This document shows positions 1-8,810 of a stretch of 64,000 nt of DNA, in pieces. Origin of the DNA: Candidatus Latescibacterota bacterium (GTDB lineage: Bacteria > Latescibacterota > UBA2968 > GCA-2709665); NCBI GenBank assembly GCA_965205485.1, contig OZ242180.1, positions 4,032,001 to 4,096,000 of the forward strand, read 5' to 3'. Below the pieces are notes generated by a model, which ran no database searches, was not told where the DNA came from, and saw nothing but the letters and a program-made list of their open reading frames with translations. The number at the start of each line of letters is the position of its first letter. Position 1 is the stretch's first letter. Both the position numbers and the translations under genes were made by a program.

Positions 1-282
1 ACTGACATCTTCGGAACGCTGGTGCTGCTGATATCAGGCGTCTACTACGACGTGTCCGTACTCCCCGACTGGCTGCGGCCGCTGTCCACCTTTTCGCCCG
101 GAACCTATGCGCTTCGATCCATCAGGACGGCGCTGCTCGACAACGCGAGCGTCGCCGATGTACAGGGCGACCTCATCATTCTGACGGTTTCAGGTATAAT
201 CATGGTCCCGCTGGGATTGTGGATCTTTCACGTGGCCGAGGTGTACGCCAAGCGGACCGGGCGTCTGAAGCGCAGCGGGTGA
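1..282 (+). CDS. ABC-2 type transporter permease, C-terminal part (truncated by window edge)
   Basis: Frame open from base 1; SGVYYDVSVLPDWLRPLSTFSPGTYA motif plus hydrophobic helices typical of ABC-2 permeases. Confidence 0.8.
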   Translation, partial: TDIFGTLVLLISGVYYDVSVLPDWLRPLSTFSPGTYALRSIRTALLDNASVADVQGDLIILTVSGIIMVPLGLWIFHVAEVYAKRTGRLKRSG

Positions 283-299
283 ACCCTTCGAGTCGAGAC

Positions 300-734
300 C
301 TATTGCCGGAGTCCCGTTACCCATGGATCGAGCAGACGAACACCGGTTTCCTGGACGTGGGCGGTATTTCGGGTGACAAACGTCAGACCGAACGTCAGGG
401 CGGTTGCCGCCAACAGGCCGTCCAGAACGGGTACGGTTCGCCCAACTTTGCCGGCTGCTGCCGCGATCTCGCCCCATCGGACGGCAACGTCCCTATCGAC
501 GTCCAGAATTCGTCCTGTAAATCGCCTGCTCAGCTGGCCTTCGACCCACTCATACAATTCCCTCTTTTTGCGACCAGCGTGCAATTGTCCAATACCCTTA
601 TGCAATTCGCCGAAAGTGATCACGCTCAAATACAACGAGAGTTCATCCTGTTGTTCCAGCCACCGCGTCACCTCGCTTGAAGGCGACTTTTTCACGAGTT
701 CCGAAATGACGCAGGTGTCGATCAGGAATTTCAC
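300..734 (-). CDS. vapC: VapC/PIN-domain toxin (type II TA)
   Basis: N-terminal FLIDTCVISE, SVITFGEL, DGLLAATA, VTRN PIN motifs; GTG start overlaps antitoxin stop. Confidence 0.9.
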   Translation of the reverse strand: MKFLIDTCVISELVKKSPSSEVTRWLEQQDELSLYLSVITFGELHKGIGQLHAGRKKRELYEWVEGQLSRRFTGRILDVDRDVAVRWGEIAAAAGKVGRTVPVLDGLLAATALTFGLTFVTRNTAHVQETGVRLLDPWVTGLRQ

Positions 735-982
735 AGGTCGACTTCCCGTCCGTAATCTGTACTCCTTTCCAGATCGACGCCCGATCCTGCCAGGGGTGAA
801 TTGCGGAAGAAGGAGACCAGAGAGCCCGGCGACGTCGTCAGTTGCCTGAAGTCTTCAATTGAGACGACGACGGCCGTTTCTTTTCCTCTTCGGGTGATCG
901 TTTGAGGGCCTTCACGGACAGCGCTGTTCACGACCTCGCTCAATCGATTCTTGGCATCCTGCAACGCCCAGACTGTATTCAT
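731..982 (-). CDS. Phd/YefM family antitoxin
   Basis: WALQDAKNRLSEVV...PQTITRRG signature; upstream of and overlapping the PIN toxin. Confidence 0.9.
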   Translation of the reverse strand: MNTVWALQDAKNRLSEVVNSAVREGPQTITRRGKETAVVVSIEDFRQLTTSPGSLVSFFRNSPLAGSGVDLERSTDYGREVDL

Positions 983-996
983 CGACTTTTCTCCTC

Positions 997-1050
997 TAAA
1001 TTAATCTAGACTGTCTAGATTAATTTACGTCGCTCATTGCCCGTTGTCAA
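997..1050 (-). promoter_or_regulatory. TA operon promoter (TTGACA-17-TAAATT) overlapped by a perfect 31-bp palindromic operator
   Basis: Minus strand TTGACA 1050-1045, TAAATT 1027-1022; palindrome TAAATTAATCTAGAC-T-GTCTAGATTAATTTA 997-1027. Confidence 0.8.
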
Positions 1051-1090
1051 GTCGCTGTTGCACGCGTCCGGCCCGTTCGCGACAGCGGAA

Positions 1091-2185
1091 ATGAAGGGAA
1101 GACTCATCGACAGATTCCGGAATCTCCAGTCTCGCGACGTCTCCGCATTGCTCGCGGCGGCGGCAGTCGAACCCCATGAACGGATTCTGGACCTGGGATT
1201 GGCCGGGCGCCCGGTCGGGCTCGAACTGGACGCAGGCAGTATCCAATTCAAGGGTTCCGACCTGCGCGACGTGAGGGTTTGCGAGAACGCGATCCGGTGC
1301 ATGGCGCTGCACAATGCGTGCGCCTGGCTCGAGGTCTCACCGGCGGTCCTCACCGGCCCCTGTTTCGACGTGGTTCTCTACGCTCCCGCCCGTTGGGAGT
1401 CCAAGACGCGTGTATTTGAACTCGTCGACGCGGCATTCGGGAAATTGGCGATTGGCGGACGTTTGCTTCTGGCGGGACGGAAAAACGCGGGCGTGGAGAG
1501 CTATCGGCGCCGCCTGAAGGCTGTTTTCGGAAACGTTGAAACGGCAACGTCGAAATCGGGGTTTCGAGTCTACCGGTCGAGCAAGGACTCGCCGGATCCC
1601 GGCGCGCATCCGGTGGACGCGGCGCGTGTTTTCGAGGTGGCCGATCTGCCCGGAGACCCTTTCACGTTTGAGACGATGGCGGGTGTCTTTTCAAGCCGCC
1701 GATTGGATGCAGGCACCCGGATTCTGATCGAGGCGGTCGACGTCACAGCGGACGATCGCGTACTCGATCTGGGCTGCGGATACGGCGCAATCGGAATCAC
1801 CGCGGCGAAACGGGCTCGCGAAGCTCAGTTGCTGGATACCAGCCTGTTGGCCGTTCGATGCGCGAGGCGAAATATCGCCCGCAACGGGCTGGCGAACGCG
1901 CGAGTTGGTCTCAGCGACGGTTTCGAAGCCGTTCCGGGGCGGGTATTCGATCTCATCCTCTGCAACGCGCCCACGCACGACGGCGCAGCAACGGCACGTC
2001 GATTTGTACAGGGCGCCGCCCGGCATCTCGGTTCGAAGGGGCGATTCGCGGTGGTCGCGATGCGTCCCGGCATATACTTCAAGCAGATGAAGCGCGTGTT
2101 CGACACCGTGGATCAGTTGGAATCCCGCCGGGGATATACCGTCCTCCGTGCCCAAGACGCGAAGTCGGCCATCCCGGCCGCTTGA
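1091..2185 (+). CDS. RsmC/RlmG-like two-domain class I SAM-dependent methyltransferase
   Basis: AGVFSSRRLDAGTRILI, VLDLGCGYG, SDGF and degenerate N-terminal MTase domain; ATG 1091 preferred because TTG 1037 lies inside the divergent TA promoter. Confidence 0.75.
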   Translation: MKGRLIDRFRNLQSRDVSALLAAAAVEPHERILDLGLAGRPVGLELDAGSIQFKGSDLRDVRVCENAIRCMALHNACAWLEVSPAVLTGPCFDVVLYAPARWESKTRVFELVDAAFGKLAIGGRLLLAGRKNAGVESYRRRLKAVFGNVETATSKSGFRVYRSSKDSPDPGAHPVDAARVFEVADLPGDPFTFETMAGVFSSRRLDAGTRILIEAVDVTADDRVLDLGCGYGAIGITAAKRAREAQLLDTSLLAVRCARRNIARNGLANARVGLSDGFEAVPGRVFDLILCNAPTHDGAATARRFVQGAARHLGSKGRFAVVAMRPGIYFKQMKRVFDTVDQLESRRGYTVLRAQDAKSAIPAA

Positions 2186-2280
2186 GTTGCCTCGGACCCC
2201 ACGGTTTCACGCCCGCAACGGGATTCCGGCCGTGATGCGCCCGGAGGCCAGGCGGACCGCGTCGGGTACCGCGAAAACCC

Positions 2281-2309
2281 TTGACAACAAGCGGATGGGG
2301 CCTTATCCT
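2281..2309 (+). promoter_or_regulatory. sigma70-type promoter of molybdoenzyme operon
   Basis: TTGACA 2281-2286, 17-nt spacer, TATCCT 2304-2309. Confidence 0.65.
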
Positions 2310-2386
2310 TAGCCGCAATCCCGGCCATGCCACGAGGGTTAATAGCGGCCGGGAGATCTACGACATCAGTACAGGAGGAACGAACC

Positions 2387-3256
2387 TTGCATGCGTTCGA
2401 TTACGTTGCGCCAAAATCGGTAGACGAAGCCGTCGCCGTGCTGTCTGAGAACGGGTCGGATGCCAGAATGTTGGCGGGCGGATCCGACATCATCGCACAG
2501 TTGAAAGAGGGGCGGCGTCAGGTGAAGGTGCTGGTGGATGTCAAGAAGATACCCGCGGCGAACGAACTGGCGTTCGATCCCCGGGAGGGACTGACGATCG
2601 GGGCCGGGGTGTCCTGTTGCGACATCTATGAAAACGAGGATGTGGCGTCGAACTACCCGGCGCTCGTCGATTCGACGGAACTGATCGGGTCCATTCAGAT
2701 TCAGGGCAGGGCGACAATCGGCGGAAACCTTTGCAATGCGTCGCCCGCGGCCGATACCATTCCCACGCTCATCGTTCTTGGGGCAACCGCCGGGATCGCC
2801 GGCCCGGAGGGAGAAAGGGAAGTTGCCGTGGAGGACTTCTGCACGGCGCCGGGGCAGACCGTGCTTCAGGACGGCGAATTCCTCGTTTCTCTCCATTTCC
2901 CCCCTCCCGCGGCGAACTCCGGTGCGTACTTCCTCCGTTTCATTCCGCGGAATGAAATGGATATCGCAGTTGTCAACGCCGCGGCCTCCGTGGTATTGAA
3001 CGCGGAGAAGAACGCGTTCGAGTCCGCCCGGATCGCAGTCGGCGCCGTGGCGCCGGTTCCGCTTTACCTGCCCGCGGCCGGAGCCGCCCTTGCTGGCAGC
3101 GAAGTATCGGATCAATCAATCGAAGTGGCAGCCGAGGTCGCCCGGCAGTCCGCCAGACCCATTACGGATATGCGTGGGACCATTGAGCAACGCGTTCATC
3201 TGGCCGGCGTCCTGACCCGGAGAGCGGTTTGCGGCGCGGTGGAACGCGCCCGTTAG
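2387..3256 (+). CDS. Xanthine dehydrogenase family FAD-binding (CoxM-like) subunit
   Basis: LAGGSD, ATIGGNLCNASPAAD motifs; TTG start 2387 after AGGAGG. Confidence 0.9.
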   Translation: MHAFDYVAPKSVDEAVAVLSENGSDARMLAGGSDIIAQLKEGRRQVKVLVDVKKIPAANELAFDPREGLTIGAGVSCCDIYENEDVASNYPALVDSTELIGSIQIQGRATIGGNLCNASPAADTIPTLIVLGATAGIAGPEGEREVAVEDFCTAPGQTVLQDGEFLVSLHFPPPAANSGAYFLRFIPRNEMDIAVVNAAASVVLNAEKNAFESARIAVGAVAPVPLYLPAAGAALAGSEVSDQSIEVAAEVARQSARPITDMRGTIEQRVHLAGVLTRRAVCGAVERAR

Positions 3257-3308
3257 TCAGCTTGTCCTGAGTTTCCCGAAAAATCGCGAATAAAGGAGTC
3301 CGCAAACG

Positions 3309-3791
3309 ATGGCCGGCAAAGTTCATGTCACAACGACGATCAACGGAGAAGAAACAGAGTTTTTGTGCGAACCCAGGGACACGCTGCTGGAGGTGCTTCG
3401 CGACAACCTGGATCTCACCGGCGCCAAAGAGGGATGCGGCAATGGCAACTGCGGCGCCTGCAGCGTCATCGTCAACGGACGCGTCATCAACTCCTGTCTT
3501 GCGCTGGGCGTGGAGGCCGAGGGGTGCGAAATCACCACCATTGAAGGCGTGGCCACCGCGGAGGGCCTCCATCCGTTGCAGCAGAAGTTCCTGGAACACG
3601 CGGCCCTTCAGTGCGGCGTATGCACGCCGGGGTTCATCGTGGCGGCGAAAGCGTTGCTCGACCGGGAACCGGAACCGGACGAGCACCGGATTCGCCTGTG
3701 GCTGGCGGGGAATCTCTGCAGGTGCACCGGATACGACAAGATCGTCAGAGCCGTGATGGACACGGCCGGAACGATGAAGGAGACGGCCTGA
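3309..3791 (+). CDS. Xanthine dehydrogenase family [2Fe-2S] (CoxS-like) subunit
   Basis: GCGNGNCGAC...SC and QCGVCTPG...NLCRCTGY motifs. Confidence 0.93.
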   Translation: MAGKVHVTTTINGEETEFLCEPRDTLLEVLRDNLDLTGAKEGCGNGNCGACSVIVNGRVINSCLALGVEAEGCEITTIEGVATAEGLHPLQQKFLEHAALQCGVCTPGFIVAAKALLDREPEPDEHRIRLWLAGNLCRCTGYDKIVRAVMDTAGTMKETA

Positions 3792-6070
3792 TGCCAACTG
3801 AGGACTATCTCGGAATGCAGGAGTACAGGGTGCTGGGTACGCGGCCGATCAGGCACGATGGCGTGGACAAGGTAACCGGTCGGGCCATATACGGAGCCGA
3901 CGTCCAGATGTCCGGCCTCATCTACGGGAAGGTTTTACGAAGTCCCCATGCCCATGCGCGCATCGTGTCCATGAATACCGAGAGGGCAGAAGCGCTCCAC
4001 GGCGTCAAGGCGGTTGCCACCGTCGCCGACATTCCCGTGCCTGAGAAGAAGGTGGAAGACCTGGGAGAAGGCGCGGCCAATATGGTGGATCTGCGGGCCA
4101 ATGTTCTGGCCGACGGCAAGGTGGTCTACGACGGCCACGCGGTGGCGGCCGTGGCCGCGACGAGCGTTCATATTGCAGAGGAAGCGCTTGGGCTGATCGA
4201 CGTGGAATACGAAGTCCTTGAGCCGCTGCTCGACGTGCGGGAGGCAATGAATCCGGAATCCCCGCTCCTGCATGAATCCCTCACCACCGAGTCGCTGGGC
4301 GAAGATACCGGAAAGCCAAGCAATATCGCAACGCACTTTCAGCATAGGCTGGGGGATATCGAGTCGGGCTTCGCAGGGGCCGACGTGGTGATCGAACGGG
4401 AGTTCTTTACTGACACGGTACACCAGGGTTACATCGAGCCGCAGAATGCCACGGCGCTCTGGAACCCGGACGGGCGTCTTACGGTCTGGTGCAGCACCCA
4501 GGGATCGTTTACGGTGCGCGAGCAACTGGCGGGCCTGCTTCAGATATCGCCGGTGAATATCCGGGTGATCCCAACCGAAATCGGCGGGGGATTCGGCGGC
4601 AAGATCAGGGTATACCTGGAACCTGTCGCCGCTGTTCTTTCGAAAAAGTCCGGCCATCCGGTGAAAATGGTGATGAATCGCGACGAGGTGTTGAAGGCCA
4701 CCGGACCCACACCCGGATCCTACATCCGCGTTAAGATGGGGGCCAGCAACGAAGGCAAACTGGTGGCCGCGGAGGCGTACCTCGCCTACGAATCGGGTGG
4801 GTTCGCCGGAGCATGGGCCGAACCCGGCGCCATGTGCATTTTCGCTCCTTATGATATCGCGAACGTGGTCATCGACGGGTACAACGTCTTGGTAAACAAG
4901 CCCCAGACGATGGCCTATAGAGCACCCGGCGCCACCAACGCGGCGTTTGCATCGGAGACCATCATCGACGAAATCTGCGAGAGGCTTGGCGAGGATCCAC
5001 TCGAGTTCCGCATGAAGAATACGGCCAAAGAAGGTACACGCAGGGCGGACGGCCCCACGTTTCCCCGCGTCGGCCACGAGGAAGTCTTACGGGCGGCAAT
5101 GACGAGCGAACACTACAACGCGCCCCTGGAGGGGAAGAACCGGGGTCGCGGCGTGGCTTCCGGCTTCTGGTTCAACGTGGGGCTCAAATCCAGCGCCTGT
5201 GCGAGTGTAAATACCGACGGCACGGTAAGCCTGGTCGAAGGGTCCACCGATATCGGCGGTACCCGAACCTCGGTGGCCATGCAGCTAGCCGAGCCGTTGG
5301 GCATCCCGGCGGAAGACGTGAATCCGGTCGTGGCGGATACCGACGGCGTGGGGGAGACCGACGTGACCGGCGGAAGCCGGGTGACGTTCGCTACGGGCTG
5401 GGCGGCCTACAATGCCGCACAGGACATCATTGCGCAGATGGTCGAGCGAGCCGCGAAATACTGGGAGATTTCGCCGGACGACGTGGCTTTCGTGGAAGGC
5501 ACGTTCAAATCCAGGTCCGATCCGTCGAAATCCTTGACGTTCAAGGAGCTGGCTGGAAAACTCAATGAGACTGGCGGGCCTGTCGTCGGGCGCGCGACCG
5601 TCGACCCGCAGGGAGTGGGAGGCGCGTTTTCTCTGATGATCGCCGACGTCGAAGCCGACCCGGATACGGGAAAGGTGGACATTCTCAGGGTCACCATGGT
5701 GCAGGACGCGGGCAAGGCCATCCATCCCGCATATGTCGAGGGCCAGATGCAGGGCGGCGCGGCGCAGGGGATCGGTTGGGGCCTGAACGAAGAATATTGG
5801 TACAACGACAAAGGTGAGTTGACCAACGCCAGCCTGCTGGATTACCGGATGCCAACCTGCCTGGACCTGCCGATGATCGAGACCATTATCGTGGAAGTTC
5901 CGAATCCCGGGCATCCATACGGAGTACGCGGTGTGGGGGAGGCGCCAATCGTGCCGCCGCCGGCCGCGCTCGCCAATGCCATCTACCGCGCCGCGGGTAT
6001 CCGTATGAACGTGTTGCCGATGTCTCCCGGCAACGTCCTGAAAGCGCTGTGGAAGAATAACGGTACATAA
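3791..6070 (+). CDS. Xanthine dehydrogenase family molybdopterin-binding large subunit, paralog 1
   Basis: DKVTGRA, RSPHAHA, GGGFGGK, AYRAPG, GQMQGG, GVGE; start at TGATG overlap with the small subunit. Confidence 0.92.
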   Translation: MPTEDYLGMQEYRVLGTRPIRHDGVDKVTGRAIYGADVQMSGLIYGKVLRSPHAHARIVSMNTERAEALHGVKAVATVADIPVPEKKVEDLGEGAANMVDLRANVLADGKVVYDGHAVAAVAATSVHIAEEALGLIDVEYEVLEPLLDVREAMNPESPLLHESLTTESLGEDTGKPSNIATHFQHRLGDIESGFAGADVVIEREFFTDTVHQGYIEPQNATALWNPDGRLTVWCSTQGSFTVREQLAGLLQISPVNIRVIPTEIGGGFGGKIRVYLEPVAAVLSKKSGHPVKMVMNRDEVLKATGPTPGSYIRVKMGASNEGKLVAAEAYLAYESGGFAGAWAEPGAMCIFAPYDIANVVIDGYNVLVNKPQTMAYRAPGATNAAFASETIIDEICERLGEDPLEFRMKNTAKEGTRRADGPTFPRVGHEEVLRAAMTSEHYNAPLEGKNRGRGVASGFWFNVGLKSSACASVNTDGTVSLVEGSTDIGGTRTSVAMQLAEPLGIPAEDVNPVVADTDGVGETDVTGGSRVTFATGWAAYNAAQDIIAQMVERAAKYWEISPDDVAFVEGTFKSRSDPSKSLTFKELAGKLNETGGPVVGRATVDPQGVGGAFSLMIADVEADPDTGKVDILRVTMVQDAGKAIHPAYVEGQMQGGAAQGIGWGLNEEYWYNDKGELTNASLLDYRMPTCLDLPMIETIIVEVPNPGHPYGVRGVGEAPIVPPPAALANAIYRAAGIRMNVLPMSPGNVLKALWKNNGT

Positions 6071-6136
6071 AGAAAGGACCAGGCGCGTGCCCCGCCTGGC
6101 GCGGGCGGTGCGCCATTTTCCGGAGATTCAGTCACA

Positions 6137-8440
6137 ATGGCCACGAAGACCGAAGACTATCTTGGCATTGAACGCTACAATGTGGTGGGAACCCGGCCGA
6201 TTCGCCACGATGGTACGGATAAGGTGACGGGCCGTGCGAAATACGGAGCGGATACCCATACGTCGGGCGTGTTGATCGGGAAAACCCTCCGCAGCCCGCA
6301 TGCGCACGCCCGTATCCTGTCCGTCGATACGAGTGCGGCCGAAGCCCTTCCGGGCGTAAAGGCCGTGATGACGGGCGCCGACCTCGCGCAGCACTACGAA
6401 GACAAGGTGGCCGCCATCGGGGAGGAGTCCGTAAACCTGCCCGACCTCATCAAGAACGTGCTGGCGTCGGAAAAGGTGCTGTACGAGGGGCATGCGGTCG
6501 CTGCTGTCGCGGCGACGTCGGCCCACATCGCGGAAGAGGCTCTCGATCTGATACGCGTGGAGTACGAAGTCCTGGAGCCCGTACTCGACGTCCGTCCCGC
6601 CATGGAAGAAGACGCGCCGATCCTGCACGAAAACATGAGGATGAGGTCACTGGGTCAGACGACGGATAAAGCGGGAAATGTCGCCAGTCATTTCCAGCAT
6701 TCCCTGGGTGACATCGAGCGGGGATTTGCCGAGGCCGACGTCGTGGTCGAACGGGAGTTCAGCACGCAGACGGTACACCAGGGTTACATAGAACCCCATA
6801 ACGCGACGGCTTATTGGAATCTGGACGACCAGATCACCATCTGGACGAGTACCCAGGGGCCGTTCGAGGTACGAGACCAGGTCGCGGTCGTTTTGGGCGT
6901 GCCGGCTTCCACGGTCCGGGTGGTGCCGGCGGAAATCGGCGGCGGTTTCGGCGGCAAGTTTCGAGTCTACCAGGAACCGACGGCCGCTGTGATGTCCAGG
7001 ATGACGGGCAAGCCCGTAAAGATGGTCATGAGCCGGACGGAAGTCCTGAAGGCGACGGGTCCGACTCCGGGCTCCTACATGCAGGTGAAGATGGGCGCGA
7101 CGAAAGACGGAAGGCTGGTCGCCGCTCAGGCGTATCTGGCCTACGAAGCGGGGGCCTATCCGGGATCTCCCGTGGGCGCCGGCGCCGGCTGTATCTTTTC
7201 TCCGTACGACATTCCCAACGTTGTCATCGACGGGTACGACGTGGTCGTGAACAAGCCGCAGACCTCCGCATACCGCGCGCCTGGCGCAACCAACGGCGCA
7301 TTCGCCGCCGAGACCGTGATCGACGAGATCTGCGAAGTCCTCCACACCGACCCGCTCGAGTTTCGCCTGAAGAACTCCGCCAGGGAAGGCAGCCGGCGGG
7401 CCGATGGCCCGGTATTTCCCCGGATCGGCCACGACGAATGCGTGAGAGCGGCGATGGCGTCAGACCACTACCAGTCAAGCCTCGACGGACCCAACCGGGG
7501 TCGGGGCGTGGCTTCGGGGTTCTGGTTCAACGGAGGAGGCACGTCCACGGTGATGGTCAGCGTCAATGCCGACGGCACGGTCAGCCTGGTCGAAGGCTCT
7601 CCCGATATCGGTGGCACACGTACCTCAATTGCGATGCAGGTCGCGGAGGTGCTGGGCATCCCTGCCGCGCAGGTGAAGCCCATGGTGGTGGATACCGATG
7701 CCATCGGTCAGACGGACGGCACCGGCGGGAGCCGGGTGACGTTCGCCACGGGTTGGGCGGGATACGAGGCTGCCATGGATGCAAAGCGTCAGATGGAAGC
7801 CAGGGCGGCCAGATTGTGGGAGATCTCGGAGGACGACGTGGGTTTCGAGGGCGGGGTGTTCAAGTCAAGGTCGGCCCCCGAGAAGTCGATCACGTTTACC
7901 GAACTGGCAGGCAAGCTGGGCGCCACGGGCGGTCCCGTGGTCGGGCGGGCGGCAGTGGCGGGAAAGGCGGCGGGCCCGGCGTACGCCGTCATGGTGGTGG
8001 ACGTGGAAGTCGATCCCGAGACCGGCAAGGTGGACATTCTCAGGGCCACCATCGTCCAGGATGCGGGTAAAGCCATACATCCCTCGTACGTGGAAGGGCA
8101 GATGCAGGGCGGCGTGGCACAGGGCATCGGATGGGCGTTGAACGAAGAATACTTCTACAACGAAGCGGGCGACCTGGAAAACGCCAGCCTTCTGGACTAC
8201 CGGATGCCAACGTGCCTGGATTTGCCGATGATCGAGACGGTCATCGTGGAAGTGCCCAATCCGGGCCACCCGTACGGTGTGCGGGGCGTGGGAGAGGTTC
8301 CCATCGTTCCTCCACCGGCGGCCGTGGCGAATGCGATCTACGATGCCGTGGGCGTACGTTTGCGCGACCTGCCCATGTCCCCGGGCCGTGTCCTGGATAC
8401 GCTGATCAGGAACAATGGCGGAGGCAACGGGAAGGGGTGA
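6137..8440 (+). CDS. Xanthine dehydrogenase family molybdopterin-binding large subunit, paralog 2
   Basis: Same motifs as paralog 1 and colinear with it over full length. Confidence 0.92.
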   Translation: MATKTEDYLGIERYNVVGTRPIRHDGTDKVTGRAKYGADTHTSGVLIGKTLRSPHAHARILSVDTSAAEALPGVKAVMTGADLAQHYEDKVAAIGEESVNLPDLIKNVLASEKVLYEGHAVAAVAATSAHIAEEALDLIRVEYEVLEPVLDVRPAMEEDAPILHENMRMRSLGQTTDKAGNVASHFQHSLGDIERGFAEADVVVEREFSTQTVHQGYIEPHNATAYWNLDDQITIWTSTQGPFEVRDQVAVVLGVPASTVRVVPAEIGGGFGGKFRVYQEPTAAVMSRMTGKPVKMVMSRTEVLKATGPTPGSYMQVKMGATKDGRLVAAQAYLAYEAGAYPGSPVGAGAGCIFSPYDIPNVVIDGYDVVVNKPQTSAYRAPGATNGAFAAETVIDEICEVLHTDPLEFRLKNSAREGSRRADGPVFPRIGHDECVRAAMASDHYQSSLDGPNRGRGVASGFWFNGGGTSTVMVSVNADGTVSLVEGSPDIGGTRTSIAMQVAEVLGIPAAQVKPMVVDTDAIGQTDGTGGSRVTFATGWAGYEAAMDAKRQMEARAARLWEISEDDVGFEGGVFKSRSAPEKSITFTELAGKLGATGGPVVGRAAVAGKAAGPAYAVMVVDVEVDPETGKVDILRATIVQDAGKAIHPSYVEGQMQGGVAQGIGWALNEEYFYNEAGDLENASLLDYRMPTCLDLPMIETVIVEVPNPGHPYGVRGVGEVPIVPPPAAVANAIYDAVGVRLRDLPMSPGRVLDTLIRNNGGGNGKG

Positions 8441-8443
8441 GCC

Positions 8444-8710
8444 ATGCCGGAGGTCTGGATACCGTCCCTTCTGCGCGGTCTCACCGACGGTCAGGAGCAG
8501 GTTCAGGTTCCCGGAGAGACCATACGGGAGGTTATTGAGAACCTGGAAGCGCGGTTTCCGGGAATCGAGGAACGAATCTGCGAAGATGGCCGTATCAAGC
8601 CCGGTCTGGCTGTTGCCGTCGACGGTGTTGTCGGCAACGACGGAATGCGTCAGCGGGTCGAAGCAAAGAGCGAAGTGCACTTTGTTACCGCCATCAGCGG
8701 CGGTCTTTAG
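8444..8710 (+). CDS. MoaD/ThiS ubiquitin-like sulfur carrier ending ISGG-L
   Basis: VWIPSLLRGLT...NLEARFPG...AVAVDG...AISGGL; beta-grasp size (88 aa). Confidence 0.85.
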   Translation: MPEVWIPSLLRGLTDGQEQVQVPGETIREVIENLEARFPGIEERICEDGRIKPGLAVAVDGVVGNDGMRQRVEAKSEVHFVTAISGGL

Positions 8711-8810
8711 CTATAGACGGTCAAGCTTCTGTCGGCCAGTGGTTTACGTCTAGCCGCTGGCTGTTTCTTTTTTCCGGCGCAAACGCGTCTGCCGCATTCG
8801 GGCAGCGAGT

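Noticed and set aside
3611..3790. 60-aa N-terminal extension of the 819-aa ORF
   Set aside because: Overlaps the Fe-S subunit gene; the paralog alignment and TGATG coupling place the start at 3791
3791..8440. Annotation as aerobic CO dehydrogenase (coxL)
   Set aside because: Active-site loop is AYRAPG, not AYxCSFR
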